The translations under genes and the position numbers were made by a program. Shown here in pieces: positions 62,020-64,000 of a stretch of 64,000 nucleotides of DNA (position 1 is its first letter; each line of letters opens with the position of its first letter). The stretch lies in sequence record SRR22947727_232, one strand, 5' to 3'. The notes beneath the pieces are model-generated. The model was not told the origin of the DNA and did not search any database. It was given only the letters and a program-made list of their open reading frames with translations.

Positions 62020-64000
62020 ATGAAAAAAATAATTGCAGGTATTTGCACAAACTTACTTATGACTCACTTTGCGATCGCAGAAAATCGTATAGATAGTATT
62101 GACATTACCGAACCCTATGAAGTGCCATTTTCAGATAATAAACTTGGCAACGGTGTGAGTGAAAATGAGAAAATTATGAGTAATGACTCAGGTAAGCTTA
62201 TTAATAATTTCTTAGGGGGTAACAGTATTAACAATGGGGGGTTTTCAAGCCTACCCATGATTCAAGGTCTATCTGATGACCGAATAAAGATCAAAATTGA
62301 TGGCATGGATTTAATTGCTTCTTGTGCAAATCATATGAATGCCCCCCTTTCTTATTCAGACCCGGTTAACATAAAAAATATCTCAGTGTTAGCTGGACTT
62401 TCTGCCGTTGATCAAGGGGGAGATAATATTGGAGGGGTCATCAAGATCGACACCGTAAAACCTATTTTTGCAGTTGATGAAAATCCCATTTTTTTTGGTC
62501 AAGTAGGCACAAAATATAAATCCAACAATAAAGCGATGAGCGCAAATGTTTCTCTCAATGCATCAAATCAAGATACCGCTTTGAGTTATTTCAGCTCTTA
62601 TGTGAAAGCAGATAATTATTATGCAGGCGGTACTTTTAAAGAAGCAGGCCTTGCAGCACCTGATCGTGGTTACCTAGATGGGGATGAGGTGGGTTCATCG
62701 GCTTATAAAAATCAAAACCATCAACTCTCAATCTCGAAAGCTATTGATAATGAAATTTACCAGGTCATCGCAGCCTATCATGACAGCCCTTATGAGAATT
62801 TTGATAACCAAAGAATGGATTCGGTGGGCAATAAAAACTATCAACTTAATCTAAGTCAAAAGGGAGATTATGAATGGGGGGAATTAACCTCGCGTGTTTA
62901 TGTTGACGACACCAATCACAAGCATAACTTTGGACCAGACAAGCAATACACCTACTCCAATATGGGAAATACCAGCTTTGGCATGCCAATGGAGGCCGAT
63001 GGGTTCACAGCAGGTTTAGCAGTGGATAGTGAGATTTTTTTGAATGATCAAGATACCTTAAAAGTAGGATCAGAAATTCAATACTATCAACTCGATGATA
63101 CCTGGGATTCAAATCCAGGAAGTGGCATGATGACGGGTAGTGATTTTTTAAATATTAACAATGGTAAGCGAAATCGATTTGATGTTTATGGGCAGATTGA
63201 TAGTTTATGGACAGAAAATTGGATTACCTCTATCGGTGCTCGCTTAGGTATTGTTCAAACTGATGCAGATGATGTGCAGGGCTATAACCAAACCAATATG
63301 ATGGGCTCAAATCAGTTAGCTGACTCAACTACTTTTAACGCATCTAAAAAGAAACAGACAGATGAGAATATCGATATTAGCTTACTCACGAGATATGACA
63401 TAGAAGAAGACAGTTCTATTGAGCTGGGTTACTCCATGAAAACCAGAAGCCCGAATTTATATCAACGCTATACCTGGTCGACGTGGACCATGGCAGCCAA
63501 TATGAATAACCTTTATGGTGATGGGAATGGTTATGTGGGTGATATTGATCTTAAACCAGAAACGGCGCATAAGGTTGGCTTGGTGTTGAACCATGAAGAC
63601 CCAAACAAAAACTGGCGAGTTAAAGTAAACCCTTATTACACTTACATCAATGATTATATTGATGCGAATGTGATTGCTGAAAGAGGCGATGGTTATCGAA
63701 ATTTAAAGTTTGCTAACCAAACCGCCACGATTTATGGGTTGGATGTGGGAGCTGATATGCATCTATTTGAAACTTTAAACTTTGGTAACTTTAATTTACT
63801 GAGTAAATTCAATTATCAAAAAGGTCGCAATACGGATGCCGATACCGATCTTTATAATATGATGCCACCCAACTTAAGCGTAGCGATTAATCAAAATATT
63901 GGCAGCTGGAGTAATAACTTATCCATGATCTTAGTGGATGAGAAGGATGACGTGAACAGCACCCGACAAGAGAGAGAGACGGCTGGGTTTACCAAGTTTG
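62020..64000 (+). CDS. TonB-dependent receptor, OprC-like copper type (3' end runs off the window)
   Basis: Read by hand: MKKIIAGICTNLL..., plug CANHMNAPLSY (CxxxM), Met-rich segments GSGMMTG, NMMGSN, WTMAANMNN, and DLKPE. Confidence 0.8.
   Translation, partial: MKKIIAGICTNLLMTHFAIAENRIDSIDITEPYEVPFSDNKLGNGVSENEKIMSNDSGKLINNFLGGNSINNGGFSSLPMIQGLSDDRIKIKIDGMDLIASCANHMNAPLSYSDPVNIKNISVLAGLSAVDQGGDNIGGVIKIDTVKPIFAVDENPIFFGQVGTKYKSNNKAMSANVSLNASNQDTALSYFSSYVKADNYYAGGTFKEAGLAAPDRGYLDGDEVGSSAYKNQNHQLSISKAIDNEIYQVIAAYHDSPYENFDNQRMDSVGNKNYQLNLSQKGDYEWGELTSRVYVDDTNHKHNFGPDKQYTYSNMGNTSFGMPMEADGFTAGLAVDSEIFLNDQDTLKVGSEIQYYQLDDTWDSNPGSGMMTGSDFLNINNGKRNRFDVYGQIDSLWTENWITSIGARLGIVQTDADDVQGYNQTNMMGSNQLADSTTFNASKKKQTDENIDISLLTRYDIEEDSSIELGYSMKTRSPNLYQRYTWSTWTMAANMNNLYGDGNGYVGDIDLKPETAHKVGLVLNHEDPNKNWRVKVNPYYTYINDYIDANVIAERGDGYRNLKFANQTATIYGLDVGADMHLFETLNFGNFNLLSKFNYQKGRNTDADTDLYNMMPPNLSVAINQNIGSWSNNLSMILVDEKDDVNSTRQERETAGFTKF

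Overview
AT-rich, gene-dense bacterial chromosome segment. Gene order (smpB-ratA-ratB-guaB-guaA, dnaE-accA-tilS) and protein content suggest a streamlined betaproteobacterium, probably Methylophilaceae/OM43-like (inference). It holds the edge of an RfaH/ops-controlled polysaccharide locus, tdh-kbl, an MCE/Mla-type ABC system, dps, clpB, selO, tmRNA-smpB, guaBA, thrH, typA, purT, tilS-accA-dnaE, tpx and three TonB-dependent receptors whose motifs point to Zn, Cu and possibly lanthanide uptake. Most notable items: (1) an unannotated 32-aa, 11-Cys metallothionein-like ORF upstream of a Cys-rich SEC-C gene; (2) an ECF-sigma/Sel1-repeat module with two identically spaced copies of a candidate ECF promoter and an internal anti-Shine-Dalgarno hairpin; (3) two DUF2946/CruR-like leader ORFs with variant arrest motifs (RAP-stop, QAPP) in front of metal receptors; (4) a decayed duplicate of the tmRNA 3' end bounding a glycosyltransferase islet. 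All family assignments are from motif recognition by eye; no database searches were run.
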